A stretch of DNA of 64,000 nucleotides from Candidatus Omnitrophota bacterium (GTDB taxonomy: Bacteria; Omnitrophota; Gorgyraeia; DTHP01). Positions 21,134-30,779 of this stretch are shown here, one piece after another; positions within the stretch are counted from its first letter, which is position 1, and the number at the start of each line of letters is the position of its first letter. The notes below the pieces were generated by a model. The model made no database searches. It was not told the origin of the DNA and saw only the letters and a list, made by a program, of their open reading frames with translations. The stretch covers positions 78,887-142,886 of the forward strand of contig JAMWCW010000003.1 in the NCBI GenBank assembly GCA_023819145.1. Direction: 5' to 3'. Made by a program: the position numbers and the translations under genes.

Positions 21134-22173
21134 ATGGTCTCAATTTGGTACAGAGGTGTTTTAAATAGAGTTACTGAAAATCTTATTCCTTTTCACTGCC
21201 TCTTAGAGCTTACCTACAGATGCAATCTCAAATGCCTGCACTGTTATGTGGTAAGGGATACTCAAAAAGAACTTACCACTCAGCAATTCTTAAGTATCTT
21301 AGATCAACTTAAGGAATTAGGAACTTTGTATCTCATCATTTCTGGAGGAGAACCGTTAGTAAGAACTTATTTTTTTGAAATTTGCAAACACGCTAAGAAG
21401 AATAATTTTGCATTACGAATATTTACGAATGCTTCCCTAATTAATACAAATATTGCGGAGAGGATTAGAGAACTTAAACCTTTAGTAGTAGAGGTGGGTT
21501 TATACGGGTTTGAAAAGACGCACGATGAAATAACCTAGGTTAGAGGTTCGTTCAAAAAGACTGTAGAAGGAATAAAGCTATTTAAGAAAAGAAATATCCC
21601 AGTTCTGGCAAAATGCGCTCTTTTAAATAAAAATATTTATGAAATTTGGAAATTGAAAGATTTTGTAGAAAAGGAGTTAAAAATAAAAATGCGGGGTATA
21701 GGAGGAGGTTTAGCTTTATCACCTTGTGATAATGGAGACTTAAGACCTTTAAATTATCTACCTACAGATGAGCAATTGAAATGGTATATGAAAGAAGAAA
21801 AAATATCTGAGGAGGAATCAAAACAGCCACCGGATTTTAGAAAACGCCGACTTAATTTTAACCTTTGTGGTTCAGGGATAAGCACTGTTAATATTACTCC
21901 CCATGGAGAAATCAATCCCTGTGTGCAAATAAGAACAAAAAATAAAATAAAATAAATCACAGAAGTATCAAAGATATCTGGCAAAATGCAGAGGAGTTTA
22001 AGTTACTTAGGCAAACGAAGATTAGAGATTTAGAAGAATGTCAAGATTGTGAATATGAAAAATATTGTTTCCGCTGTGCCGGGATTTCCTATCTACTTAC
22101 CGCTTCCTTCATCAAATCCTATCCTGATGCCTGCAGGCAAGCACGTATAAGAAAAGAAATTTACGAGGGCTAA
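21134..22173 (+). pseudogene. Radical SAM/SPASM-domain peptide-modifying enzyme, interrupted by an in-frame TAG (21536-21538) and a frameshift in an A-rich run (~21940-21956)
   Basis: CNLKCLHC (CxxxCxxC), GGEPL, HDEIT*VRGSFKKTVEGIKLF, and SPASM motifs (CGSGISTVNITPHGEINPC; CQDCEYEKYCFRCAG) in a shifted frame. Confidence 0.6.
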
Positions 22174-22246
22174 TTTATTTTACAACCATCTTCTTTCCTG
22201 CTATAATTTTAAACTAACTATTTCCTACTAACTACTATCTCCTAAT

Positions 22247-23614
22247 ATGTTAATTGATACCCATTGTCATTTGGATTTTTCAGAATTTGATAAGGATAGA
22301 GACGAGGTAATAAACCGTGCAAAGGATAGAGGAGTAAAATATTTTATTAATGTTTCCTCCGATTATTCTTCTAATTTAAAAAGTTTAGAGTTAGCTAACA
22401 AATACCCTGAAATTTATGTCTCTTTAGGAATCCATCCCCATTATGCTAAAGATGTGGATGAGAGTATTTTTGAAAGAATTAGAGAATTAGCTAAGGAAAA
22501 TAAGAAAGTAATAGCCATTGGAGAAGTTGGGCTTGATTTTTATAAAAATATCTCTCCAAAAGAAATTCAATTAGAAATTTTCAAGCGATTTTTAGAATTG
22601 GCAGAGGAATTAAATTTGCCCGTAATTGTCCATAATCGGAATGCCCCTAAAGAAATTTTAGAAGTAATTAAAAAATTTTCTTTGAAGGGAGTTTTTCATT
22701 GTTTTTCTGGAGACAACGATTTTCTAAAAGAGGTTCTTAATTTAGGTTTTTATATTTCTTTTACTGCTAATATAACTTATCCCAACGCAGAAAATCTCTG
22801 TGAGATAGTAAAAGAAACTCCCATTGAAAAAATACTTCTTGAGACCGACTCTCCCTTTTTATCCCCTCAAGAAAAGAGAGGTTTGCGTAATGAACCAGCA
22901 AATTTGGTCTATTTAGTTGAGAAATTAGCAGAATTAAAAGGTTTAAGCAAAGAAGACATTATACGCATTAGCGGTTTGAATGCAGTTCAATTATTTAGAC
23001 TTCCGTTTGAAGATAAACCAAAAATTGTTTATCCCATAAGAGATTCTCTATATGTAAATATCACCAATCGCTGTACAAACAATTGCTCTTTTTGTGTAAG
23101 GTTTTATACTGACTATGTTAAAGGGCACAACTTAAAATTAAGAAATGAGCCATCTTTTGAGGAAATTATAAAAGAATTAGAAAAAGAAGATTTCAGAAAA
23201 TATAAAGAAGGGGTTTTTTGCGGTTATGGAGAACCTTTTCTAAGACTTGAGATAGTTAAAAAAGTAGCAAAATATCTAAAAGATAAAGGGATTCGGGTAA
23301 GAGTTAATACCAATGGGCAAGGAAACTTAATTCATAAAAGAAACACTGTTCCTGAATTAAAAGATTTAATTGATGAGGTTTTTGTAAGTTTAAATGTGGA
23401 TAATGAGGAAAGTTATGCTAAAATATGTAAGCCTGATTTTAAGGAGGGTGTTTTTAATAAAATAAAAGAATTTATCTTAGAGTGCAAAAAATACATCCCT
23501 TATGTTACAATTACTTTTATAGATTTACCAGAGGTAGATTTAGAAAGATGTGAGAAGATTGCTAAAGAATTGGGAGTTAATCTTAGAATTAGAAGATTAC
23601 ATCAGGTGGGATAG
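22247..23614 (+). CDS. tatD: TatD-family hydrolase fused to a C-terminal radical-SAM domain
   Basis: N-terminal TatD motifs (IDTHCHLDF...GEVGLD...HCFSG...ETDSPF). C-terminal ~200 aa carries NRCTNNCSFC (CxxxCxxC), GYGEPF and NTNG motifs, as in the TatD-associated radical-SAM protein family. Confidence 0.75.
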   Translation: MLIDTHCHLDFSEFDKDRDEVINRAKDRGVKYFINVSSDYSSNLKSLELANKYPEIYVSLGIHPHYAKDVDESIFERIRELAKENKKVIAIGEVGLDFYKNISPKEIQLEIFKRFLELAEELNLPVIVHNRNAPKEILEVIKKFSLKGVFHCFSGDNDFLKEVLNLGFYISFTANITYPNAENLCEIVKETPIEKILLETDSPFLSPQEKRGLRNEPANLVYLVEKLAELKGLSKEDIIRISGLNAVQLFRLPFEDKPKIVYPIRDSLYVNITNRCTNNCSFCVRFYTDYVKGHNLKLRNEPSFEEIIKELEKEDFRKYKEGVFCGYGEPFLRLEIVKKVAKYLKDKGIRVRVNTNGQGNLIHKRNTVPELKDLIDEVFVSLNVDNEESYAKICKPDFKEGVFNKIKEFILECKKYIPYVTITFIDLPEVDLERCEKIAKELGVNLRIRRLHQVG

Positions 23615-23623
23615 ATATTAAGA

Positions 23624-23666
23624 ATTCGTAATCCGTAACTCGTAATCCGTAATTCGAAACGAAATT
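23624..23666. repeat. Tandem 14-bp direct repeat (TCGTAATCCGTAAC x2) plus a TTCGAAAC tail; member of a dispersed intergenic motif family
   Basis: attcgtaatccgtaactcgtaatccgtaattcgaaacg read directly; related copies at 18201-18238, 26866-26886 and 32591-32617. Confidence 0.5.
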
Positions 23667-24698
23667 ATGTTTAAAAAATTGATTTTGGAAAATCAGGTTT
23701 ATTTTTTACTCTTGTTTTTAAGTTTGGTTTTGGGTATTTTTTCTTATCTAAATCGCGATTACTTAGGAATATCGCCGTTAGAAGAAGCTTTTAAAGGAGA
23801 AATTTCGCAATATGAAAACATTAGTTCCGAAGGTTTTGTTAAAAATATCGAACAGAATATTCAGATTTCTTATCTTCTAAAAATTACTTTTTTCGTTGGG
23901 TTTTTATTTTTTATAATGGGGGTATATTTTTGTTTTTCTTTTTTATTTGCTTTATTTAGAGGAAAGGTCACGCTTTTTTCTCAAGATTTCCCTGCTGTAA
24001 ATTGGCAAATTTTAGATATTTTTCGGGTAGTTATAGTCATAATTTTCTTTACAAGTTTTTTAAAGGTAATTGAGCCAATTTTTTTTAGAATATTTGGAAT
24101 TAACATCTTTGTCCGTTTTATGCTCCATGTCCTATTGTTTGACATTTTTTGCTTGGGGTTAATTATCTATTTTGTATATCAAAAACATCGCTCAACGCTT
24201 ATCAGTCTTGGTCTGGGCTTGAGTAATTTTATAAACAATATTTTGCTTGCTTTCCTTCACTATTTAGGAGTAATTCCTCTTCTGTTTTTATCTATATTTT
24301 TCTCTTTTTCTTTCACTCAACTCTTTAAATATAAACCGGAAATTTCTCCGCTCTTCTATTTCTTTTTTCTTCCTCAGCCAAAATTACTGATTTTCTTTAC
24401 TACAATTTTTATTGCGATTATCGGTCCCGTAATCGAAGAGATTTTCTTTAGAGGGTTTTGCTATCCCGCTTTACGCAGTAAAATTGGTCCTTTAAAGGCA
24501 ATGGTTTTAGTTTCTTTATTTTTTGCACTTTTACATATGAATGTGATAGGCTTTTTACCCATTTTTACTTTGGGTTTACTTCTTGTTTATCTCTATGAGA
24601 AGACACATTCCCTTTTCTCTTCAATTGGTGTACATATAATTCATAATAGTTTAATTCTCTATCTTGTTTTTCTCTATCGAGCTCTTTTGCTAAAATGA
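23667..24698 (+). CDS. CPBP-family intramembrane glutamic protease (CAAX protease/bacteriocin-processing family)
   Basis: Polytopic membrane protein with the EExxxR motif (VIEEIFFRGF) and FxxxH motif (FFALLHMN). Confidence 0.75.
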   Translation: MFKKLILENQVYFLLLFLSLVLGIFSYLNRDYLGISPLEEAFKGEISQYENISSEGFVKNIEQNIQISYLLKITFFVGFLFFIMGVYFCFSFLFALFRGKVTLFSQDFPAVNWQILDIFRVVIVIIFFTSFLKVIEPIFFRIFGINIFVRFMLHVLLFDIFCLGLIIYFVYQKHRSTLISLGLGLSNFINNILLAFLHYLGVIPLLFLSIFFSFSFTQLFKYKPEISPLFYFFFLPQPKLLIFFTTIFIAIIGPVIEEIFFRGFCYPALRSKIGPLKAMVLVSLFFALLHMNVIGFLPIFTLGLLLVYLYEKTHSLFSSIGVHIIHNSLILYLVFLYRALLLK

Positions 24699-25801
24699 GT
24701 TCTCGGCTAGCCATTTTAAAGTGTTTTGATTACTCCCCTGCATTTATATCAGAGTCAATAGAAAAACTTTTTTATCTTTTAGGGGGGATAGAGAAGTTTG
24801 TTAAACCACAGGATAAAATTTTTATTAAACCCAACCTTTTATCAGCAACCTCCCCCCACAGAGGAATAACTACCCATCCTTTATTGGTTAAGGAAGTGGC
24901 AAAGAGATTCAAAGAAAAAGGAGCAGAAGTGTTTATTGGAGATAGTCCTGGGGGAGGGATAAATATCGATGAGGTTTATGAAAAAACGGGAATGCAAAAG
25001 GTTGCTAAAGAACTGGGATTAGAATTGGTTAAATTTGATAAGATTAAAAAGGTTAAAAATTACCCTCTTGCAGAGATAGTTCTTACATGCGATCGTTTTA
25101 TTTCCCTGCCAAAATTAAAGACACATTCCCTAATGGTAATTACGGGAGGAATAAAAAATTCTTTTGGACTTGTTCCGGGCATATATAAAACCGAGCTGCA
25201 TTTAAGGTTTCCTCGTCCAAAAGAATTTAGTAAAGTTATTGTAGATGTATTCAGTTTAAGAAAACCGGATTTGGTAATTGTAGATGGAGTTGTTTCTATG
25301 GCAGGAGAAGGTCCGGCGGGAGGAGTCTTGAAAAATACAGGAATAATTCTAGGAAGTTCTGATGCGGTAGCAATAGATTCGGTTCTGGCAAAACTTATGG
25401 GAATTAATCCCTTTAAAATTCCTACTATCTACGAAGCATATAAAAGAGGATTGGGGAAAGTAGATAAAATAGAAATGATGGGCGAGGATTTGAATTCCGT
25501 TTTATTTAAAGATTTTTCCTTACCTCGCTATTCTTTTCTCAATATTATTCCTCAAACAATTCTCAAATTGGGGGGAAGCTTAATTAGAACTTATCCTTTT
25601 ATAAATGATGTTCTATGTCAAAGGTGTGGGATTTGTATTAAAGGGTGTCCTGCAGGAGCAATTAAAATGGCGTCCCAAAAGATAACAATTGATTATAAAT
25701 TTTGTATAAAATGCCTCTGCTGTTATGAATTCTGTCCTCATAAAGCAATTTCTTTAAAGAAGGGAATTCTTTTAAAGTTATTGGACTTGGTAAGGAGATA
25801 A
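24695..25801 (+). CDS. DUF362-domain iron-sulfur protein with tandem 4Fe-4S ferredoxin motifs
   Basis: CQRCGICIKGCP and CIKCLCCYEFCP ferredoxin-type clusters; start overlaps the CPBP stop (ATGA). Confidence 0.65.
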   Translation: MSSRLAILKCFDYSPAFISESIEKLFYLLGGIEKFVKPQDKIFIKPNLLSATSPHRGITTHPLLVKEVAKRFKEKGAEVFIGDSPGGGINIDEVYEKTGMQKVAKELGLELVKFDKIKKVKNYPLAEIVLTCDRFISLPKLKTHSLMVITGGIKNSFGLVPGIYKTELHLRFPRPKEFSKVIVDVFSLRKPDLVIVDGVVSMAGEGPAGGVLKNTGIILGSSDAVAIDSVLAKLMGINPFKIPTIYEAYKRGLGKVDKIEMMGEDLNSVLFKDFSLPRYSFLNIIPQTILKLGGSLIRTYPFINDVLCQRCGICIKGCPAGAIKMASQKITIDYKFCIKCLCCYEFCPHKAISLKKGILLKLLDLVRR

Positions 25802-25825
25802 ATTTGTGCTATTATAAAAATAGAA

Positions 25826-26863
25826 ATGTCTTTTCAAACATTAAAGTGGCACAAAAATAAATTAATTTTACTTGACCAGCGAAGACTCCCTTTTGAATGT
25901 ATTTATGTCGAATGTGAAGATTTAAAAAGTGTCTGGAAGGCAATTAATACGCTTACCGTAAGGGGCGCGCCGCTTATTGGAATAACTGCAGGTTTTGGAG
26001 TATATTTGGGGGTGAAGGATTCTTCTGCCCAGCATCACTCTTCCTTTAAAAAAGATTTTGATAAAGTAGTCTCCTATTTAGCTACTTCTCGCCCTACAGC
26101 AGTAAATCTTTCTTGGGTATTAGAAAGGATGAAAAATTTAGTGGAGAAAGAGAAAGATAAGCCTATTAAAGAATTAAAAAAAATAATCCTTAAAGAAGCG
26201 GAAAAAATTATGGAAGAAGAGAAACTTGCTTGCAGAAAACTTGCTGAATGGGGGGCGAAGTTGATTAACGATGGTGAAAGAATCCTTACTTATTGTAACA
26301 CAGGAATGTTAGCTACAGTTGAATATGGAACAGCTTTGGGAGCCATTTATCGGGCAAAGGAGAAAGGGAAAAATATAGAGGTTTTTGTTTGTGAAACAAG
26401 ACCATTTTTACAAGGAGCAAGATTAACTGCTTGGGAGTTGAAAGAAAATAAAGTTCCTTTTACTTTAATTTGTGATAATATGGTAGGAACTTTAATTGCC
26501 CGAGGTAAAGTAGATAAGATTTTTGTAGGTTCTGACAGAACTGTAGCTAACGGGGATACTGCCAATAAGATAGGAACCTATAATCTTGCAGTTATTTCTT
26601 ATTACCATAAAATACCTTTCTATGTAGCTTGTCCTTTGTCAAGTTTCGATTTTAGAATTAAAAGCGGTAAAGATATTCCCATTGAAGAAAGACCCCAAGA
26701 GGAGATGCTCTATATAAGGGATAAACGCATTGCTCCCTATGGAGTAAAAGCATATTATCCTTGTTTTGATATTACTCCAGGAGAACTAATTACTGCCATT
26801 GTTACAGAAAAAGGTATATTTAAACCACCGTATACAAAGAGTTTACAAAAGTTAAAACTCTAA
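25826..26863 (+). CDS. mtnA: S-methyl-5-thioribose-1-phosphate isomerase (MtnA/eIF-2B-like)
   Basis: eIF-2B alpha/beta/delta-fold motifs (TYCNTG, VGSDR, ANKIGTY); 345 aa. Confidence 0.75.
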   Translation: MSFQTLKWHKNKLILLDQRRLPFECIYVECEDLKSVWKAINTLTVRGAPLIGITAGFGVYLGVKDSSAQHHSSFKKDFDKVVSYLATSRPTAVNLSWVLERMKNLVEKEKDKPIKELKKIILKEAEKIMEEEKLACRKLAEWGAKLINDGERILTYCNTGMLATVEYGTALGAIYRAKEKGKNIEVFVCETRPFLQGARLTAWELKENKVPFTLICDNMVGTLIARGKVDKIFVGSDRTVANGDTANKIGTYNLAVISYYHKIPFYVACPLSSFDFRIKSGKDIPIEERPQEEMLYIRDKRIAPYGVKAYYPCFDITPGELITAIVTEKGIFKPPYTKSLQKLKL

Positions 26864-26909
26864 ATACGAAATCCGAAATTCGAAACTGTTAAATAAAGGA
26901 GTAGAAAAA

Positions 26910-27821
26910 TTGAAGAGGAGGATAAACGTAGAGGATATTGGTGAGTTTGGACTTATAAATTATTTAAGTAAAACCATTAAGGATAATAAATCAGTAGTTA
27001 AAGGAATTGGCGAGGATGCAGCAGTGATAAATTATTCTAAAACAAAATACTTGCTTTTTACTACAGATATGCTTATAGAGAATGTGCATTTTAAAATAAA
27101 AGAATCCAGTCCTTATCAGATTGGCTGGAAGGCTTTAGGTTGTTCTTTATCGGACATTGCGAGTATGGGGGGAATACCTCTTTATGCTCTAATTTCCTTA
27201 GGAGTTCCTAAAAATTTATCTTTTGATTTTATTAAAGGCATTTATTCAGGAATTAGAAAATTGGCAAATATTTTTAAGGTAAATATTGTGGGTGGAGATA
27301 CAGATAGAGCAGATAAGTTAATTGTTGATGTATTTTTAGTTGGTGAAGTAGAAAAAAAGAAGGTAGTTTATCGTAGTGGGGCAAAGGTAAACGACATCAT
27401 TGCGGTTACGGGGAGTTTGGGAAATAGTTACAAAATAAAAAAACATCTCAAATTTTTACCCCGGATAAAAGAAGCAAGATTTTTGGTTAATAATTTCAAA
27501 ATAAATTCAATGATTGATGTTTCTGATGGTTTAAGTACTGATTTGTTTCATATTTTAAGAGAAAGTAAAAAGGGGGCAATAATCTTTGACAAAAAACTTC
27601 CTTTAGCAAGAAAGGCTACTATTGAGCAGGCTTTAAATGAGGGAGAGGATTTTGAGCTTTTGTTTACCCTTTCAGAAAAAGAGGCAATAAGACTTTCTAA
27701 AAATAAGAAAATAGCCGTTCGTTTTATTGGAAAAGTTACTGAAGATAGTGGAAAGATTATATTTTATAGTAGAAAAGGTGTTATAAACGGAATAAGACCC
27801 AAAGGTTTTAGGCATTTTTAG
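26910..27821 (+). CDS. thiL: Thiamine-monophosphate kinase (PurM-like superfamily)
   Basis: N-terminal EFGLI motif and AIR-synthase-related fold; 303 aa. Confidence 0.65.
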   Translation: MKRRINVEDIGEFGLINYLSKTIKDNKSVVKGIGEDAAVINYSKTKYLLFTTDMLIENVHFKIKESSPYQIGWKALGCSLSDIASMGGIPLYALISLGVPKNLSFDFIKGIYSGIRKLANIFKVNIVGGDTDRADKLIVDVFLVGEVEKKKVVYRSGAKVNDIIAVTGSLGNSYKIKKHLKFLPRIKEARFLVNNFKINSMIDVSDGLSTDLFHILRESKKGAIIFDKKLPLARKATIEQALNEGEDFELLFTLSEKEAIRLSKNKKIAVRFIGKVTEDSGKIIFYSRKGVINGIRPKGFRHF

Positions 27822-28283
27822 ATGAAAGTTTTTATTACTAAAAGCGAAGCGGAGACAAAAAAACTTGGGGAAAATTTAGGGAAAAATTTAATTTCTGGAG
27901 ATGTTCTTTGCTTAGTTGGAGAACTTGGTTCAGGAAAAACGGTTTTGGTAAAAGGGATTGCTCGGGGCTTGGGAATCTTGGAAGAGCTTATAAACAGTCC
28001 TTCATTTATTCTGATTAGGGAATATTCTTCAAAATTAAACCTTTATCACTTTGACCTTTATCGATTGAAGACATTGGGAGAAATAGAATCCCTGGGTTGG
28101 GAAGAATATTTATCCAAAAAAGGGGTTTTGGTTATTGAGTGGGCAGACAAAATGGAGGAAGTTTTACCTCAGGAACACTTGCGTATTGAGATGAAAATTT
28201 TTAGCGAAAAAAAGAGAAAAATTAAGCTAATTCCTAAAGGAAAAAGATATAAAGAGTTGATTAGGAAATTAAAATTTAGTTAA
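27822..28283 (+). CDS. tsaE: tRNA t6A37 biosynthesis ATPase TsaE (YjeE)
   Basis: P-loop GELGSGKT, 153 aa, immediately upstream of tsaB. Confidence 0.8.
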   Translation: MKVFITKSEAETKKLGENLGKNLISGDVLCLVGELGSGKTVLVKGIARGLGILEELINSPSFILIREYSSKLNLYHFDLYRLKTLGEIESLGWEEYLSKKGVLVIEWADKMEEVLPQEHLRIEMKIFSEKKRKIKLIPKGKRYKELIRKLKFS

Positions 28284-28291
28284 TCTGTGTT

Positions 28292-28975
28292 ATGAAAATA
28301 CTTAGTTTAGATTCTTCTACAAAAATTTTAACCATGGCAATAAACGAGAGTCGTGATGTTGTTTTTGAGATTGAACGCGAAGCAGAATTTAGCTGTAATA
28401 AGCTTTTATTTTCTTTACTTAAAGAAATGTTTGAGAAGACCAGAATTTCTTTAAAAGATATTGAGCTTTTTGCTGTAGGCATAGGACCAGGTTCATTCAC
28501 AGGAGTGCGTGTGGCTTTGAGTGTCATGAAAACATTCTCTTATTTGAAAAATAAACCTATAATAGGAATTTCTACTTTAGATACTATTGCCTCAAACCTT
28601 AAAGGCGAAGTTAAAGAATTGATTTGCCCCATAATGGATGCCAAAAGGGAAAAACTCTATAGTGCTATTTATCGCAAAGTGGATGAGAAATTAGAAAGAA
28701 TTTCTGATTATTTATTGATTTCTTTAATTGATTTGTTCGAGAAATTAGATAAGGATGTTTTTTTCTTGGGAGATGGAGTTAATCTTTACCGAAAGGAAAT
28801 TATTAGAAATAGACCAGAAGCCAAAATAGCCAGTTATAATTTATATTACCCTAAGGCAGGAAATTTAGGTATAATTGCTTATGAACGTTTTAAGGAAGGA
28901 AAAGTTGACTCAGTTTTTGAACTTCTACCTTTATATCTTTATCCTAAGGAATGCAGTATAAAAACTAAGAACTGA
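28292..28975 (+). CDS. tsaB: tRNA t6A37 biosynthesis protein TsaB (YeaZ)
   Basis: MKILSLDSST N-terminus and Kae1/YeaZ-type ASKHA fold; 227 aa. Confidence 0.8.
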   Translation: MKILSLDSSTKILTMAINESRDVVFEIEREAEFSCNKLLFSLLKEMFEKTRISLKDIELFAVGIGPGSFTGVRVALSVMKTFSYLKNKPIIGISTLDTIASNLKGEVKELICPIMDAKREKLYSAIYRKVDEKLERISDYLLISLIDLFEKLDKDVFFLGDGVNLYRKEIIRNRPEAKIASYNLYYPKAGNLGIIAYERFKEGKVDSVFELLPLYLYPKECSIKTKN

Positions 28976-28976
28976 A

Positions 28977-30122
28977 ATGGGAGAGATTATTGATATAAAA
29001 ATAAAAAGATATAGTCGGCAAACCTGGGCAGAGGTTGATTTGTCTTCTTTAGGATTTAATCTTAAGCAGATAAAAAACATTTTATCTTCCGAGACAAAGA
29101 TTATGCCCATTGTTAAAGCAGATGCCTATGGGCATGGTTTGGTTGAGGTAAGTAGGTATCTTGTCTCACAAGGAACAGAACAGTTGGGGATTGCGACGGT
29201 AGATGAAGGAATTGAATTAAGAGAAAATGGATTAGGCATATCTTTGTTTCTATTAGGCAATATTTTCCCTGAAGAGGCCGAAGCAGTTATTGAATACAAT
29301 CTTATTCCTACTTTGTGTAACTTAGAAGTAGCCCAAAGGCTCAATGAAGTAGCCCAAGAAAAAAATATTTTTGTAAAAACACATGTTAAGATTGATACGG
29401 GGATGGGAAGAATTGGAGTCTCTTATAAAGAAGCAAAGGAATTTTTCTTAAAAATTAAAGAATTTTCTCATTTAGTTATAGAAGGTCTCTGGACGCATTT
29501 TGCCTCCGCAGAAGATGACTCTTTTACTAGTCTTCAGCTTACAAGATTTAATTTTGTTTTAGAAAGTTTGAAACAATTAGGAATTGGCTTTAACTATATC
29601 CATACCGCAAATTCCATGGCTCTATTTAGAAATAGAGAAACACATTTTAATTTAGTTAGACCGGGAATTACTCTTTATGGAGTTTATCCCGATGTTTCTT
29701 TAAGAGAAATTGTAGAGTTAAAGCCAGCAATGAGTTTAAAGACAAAGATTGTTTTTTTAAAAAAAGTTTATCAAGGAGAGCCAATTAGTTATGGAAGGAC
29801 ATTTTTTACTCAGAGAGAAAGTCTTATCGCTACCTTACCTATTGGTTACGGAGATGGATATAATTGGCTTCTATCCAATAAAGGAAGAGTATTAGTAAGG
29901 GGTCAATATGCTCCTATTGTAGGAAGGGTTTGCATGGACCAGATAATGGTTGATGTGACTGATATCCCCGGAGTTTCTTTAGGAGATGAGGTAGTTTTAT
30001 TGGGTAGGCAAGGAGATTTAGAAATTACTGCTGAAGATCTAGCAGAGCTTTCAGGAACCATTTCCTATGAAGTTCTTTGTAGAATTGGGTCAAGGGTTCC
30101 GCGAATATACAAGGGTGTCTAA
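28977..30122 (+). CDS. alr: Alanine racemase
   Basis: PLP-binding region (VKADAYGHG), 381 aa. Confidence 0.9.
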   Translation: MGEIIDIKIKRYSRQTWAEVDLSSLGFNLKQIKNILSSETKIMPIVKADAYGHGLVEVSRYLVSQGTEQLGIATVDEGIELRENGLGISLFLLGNIFPEEAEAVIEYNLIPTLCNLEVAQRLNEVAQEKNIFVKTHVKIDTGMGRIGVSYKEAKEFFLKIKEFSHLVIEGLWTHFASAEDDSFTSLQLTRFNFVLESLKQLGIGFNYIHTANSMALFRNRETHFNLVRPGITLYGVYPDVSLREIVELKPAMSLKTKIVFLKKVYQGEPISYGRTFFTQRESLIATLPIGYGDGYNWLLSNKGRVLVRGQYAPIVGRVCMDQIMVDVTDIPGVSLGDEVVLLGRQGDLEITAEDLAELSGTISYEVLCRIGSRVPRIYKGV

Positions 30123-30771
30123 ATTTAATTTTAAAAATTTAGATAAAATTATTGAGATTTTACGTAAAGAGGTAAGACAGTATCGCAAGCCGGTAGTAAG
30201 TTTTGTTGCCGATTATTCAAAAAACAACCCCTTCTTAGTTTTAATTTCTTGTCTTCTATCTTTAAGGACTCAAGATAAAACTACGGATAAAGCTACTAAA
30301 GGATTATTTTCCTTGGCAACAACTCCTCAAGAGATGTTAAGACTTTCATTAAGAGAAATTGAGAAAGCAATCTATCCTGTAGGATTTTATCGAGTTAAGG
30401 CAAGAAATATCAAAAGGATCTGTAAAATTTTAATTGATAGGTTTGATGGTAAGGTGCCTAGTGATTTAGAAACACTTCTATCTTTACCGGGGGTAGGAAG
30501 AAAGACTGCCAATTTGGTATTAACCGAAGGGTTTAATAAATTGGGGATTTGTGTAGATACGCATGTGCATCGAATTTCTAATCGCTTAGGGTTTGTAGAG
30601 ACAAAAACCGCCAAAGAAAGCGAGTTTGCTCTACGCAAATTATTACCCCAAAAATACTGGAAAGAATTTAACTATCTTTTGGTTACCTACGGGCAGAATG
30701 TCTGTAAACCCCTAAGACCATTGTGTGCTAAGTGTAAAATTTATACTTATTGTTTGAGAAAAGGAGTATAA
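30067..30771 (+). CDS. nth: Endonuclease III (HhH-GPD DNA glycosylase with 4Fe-4S cluster)
   Basis: HhH motif (LPGVGRKTANLVL), catalytic Lys/Asp region, C-terminal CX6CX2CX5C. The track start overlaps alr; the real start is probably near 30125. Confidence 0.8.
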   Translation: MKFFVELGQGFREYTRVSKFNFKNLDKIIEILRKEVRQYRKPVVSFVADYSKNNPFLVLISCLLSLRTQDKTTDKATKGLFSLATTPQEMLRLSLREIEKAIYPVGFYRVKARNIKRICKILIDRFDGKVPSDLETLLSLPGVGRKTANLVLTEGFNKLGICVDTHVHRISNRLGFVETKTAKESEFALRKLLPQKYWKEFNYLLVTYGQNVCKPLRPLCAKCKIYTYCLRKGV

Positions 30772-30779
30772 TTATATAA

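Noticed and set aside
21536-21538. Possibility that TAG is recoded (stop-codon reassignment) rather than a nonsense mutation
   Set aside because: TAG is used as the terminator of clearly complete genes, e.g. clpC ends with TAG at 3598-3600. The same locus also carries frameshifts, so simple gene decay is the economical explanation.
23624-23666. Tandem repeat considered as a possible CRISPR or mini-array
   Set aside because: Only two 14-bp units with no spacers and no cas genes. It belongs to the dispersed AATCCGAAA motif family instead.
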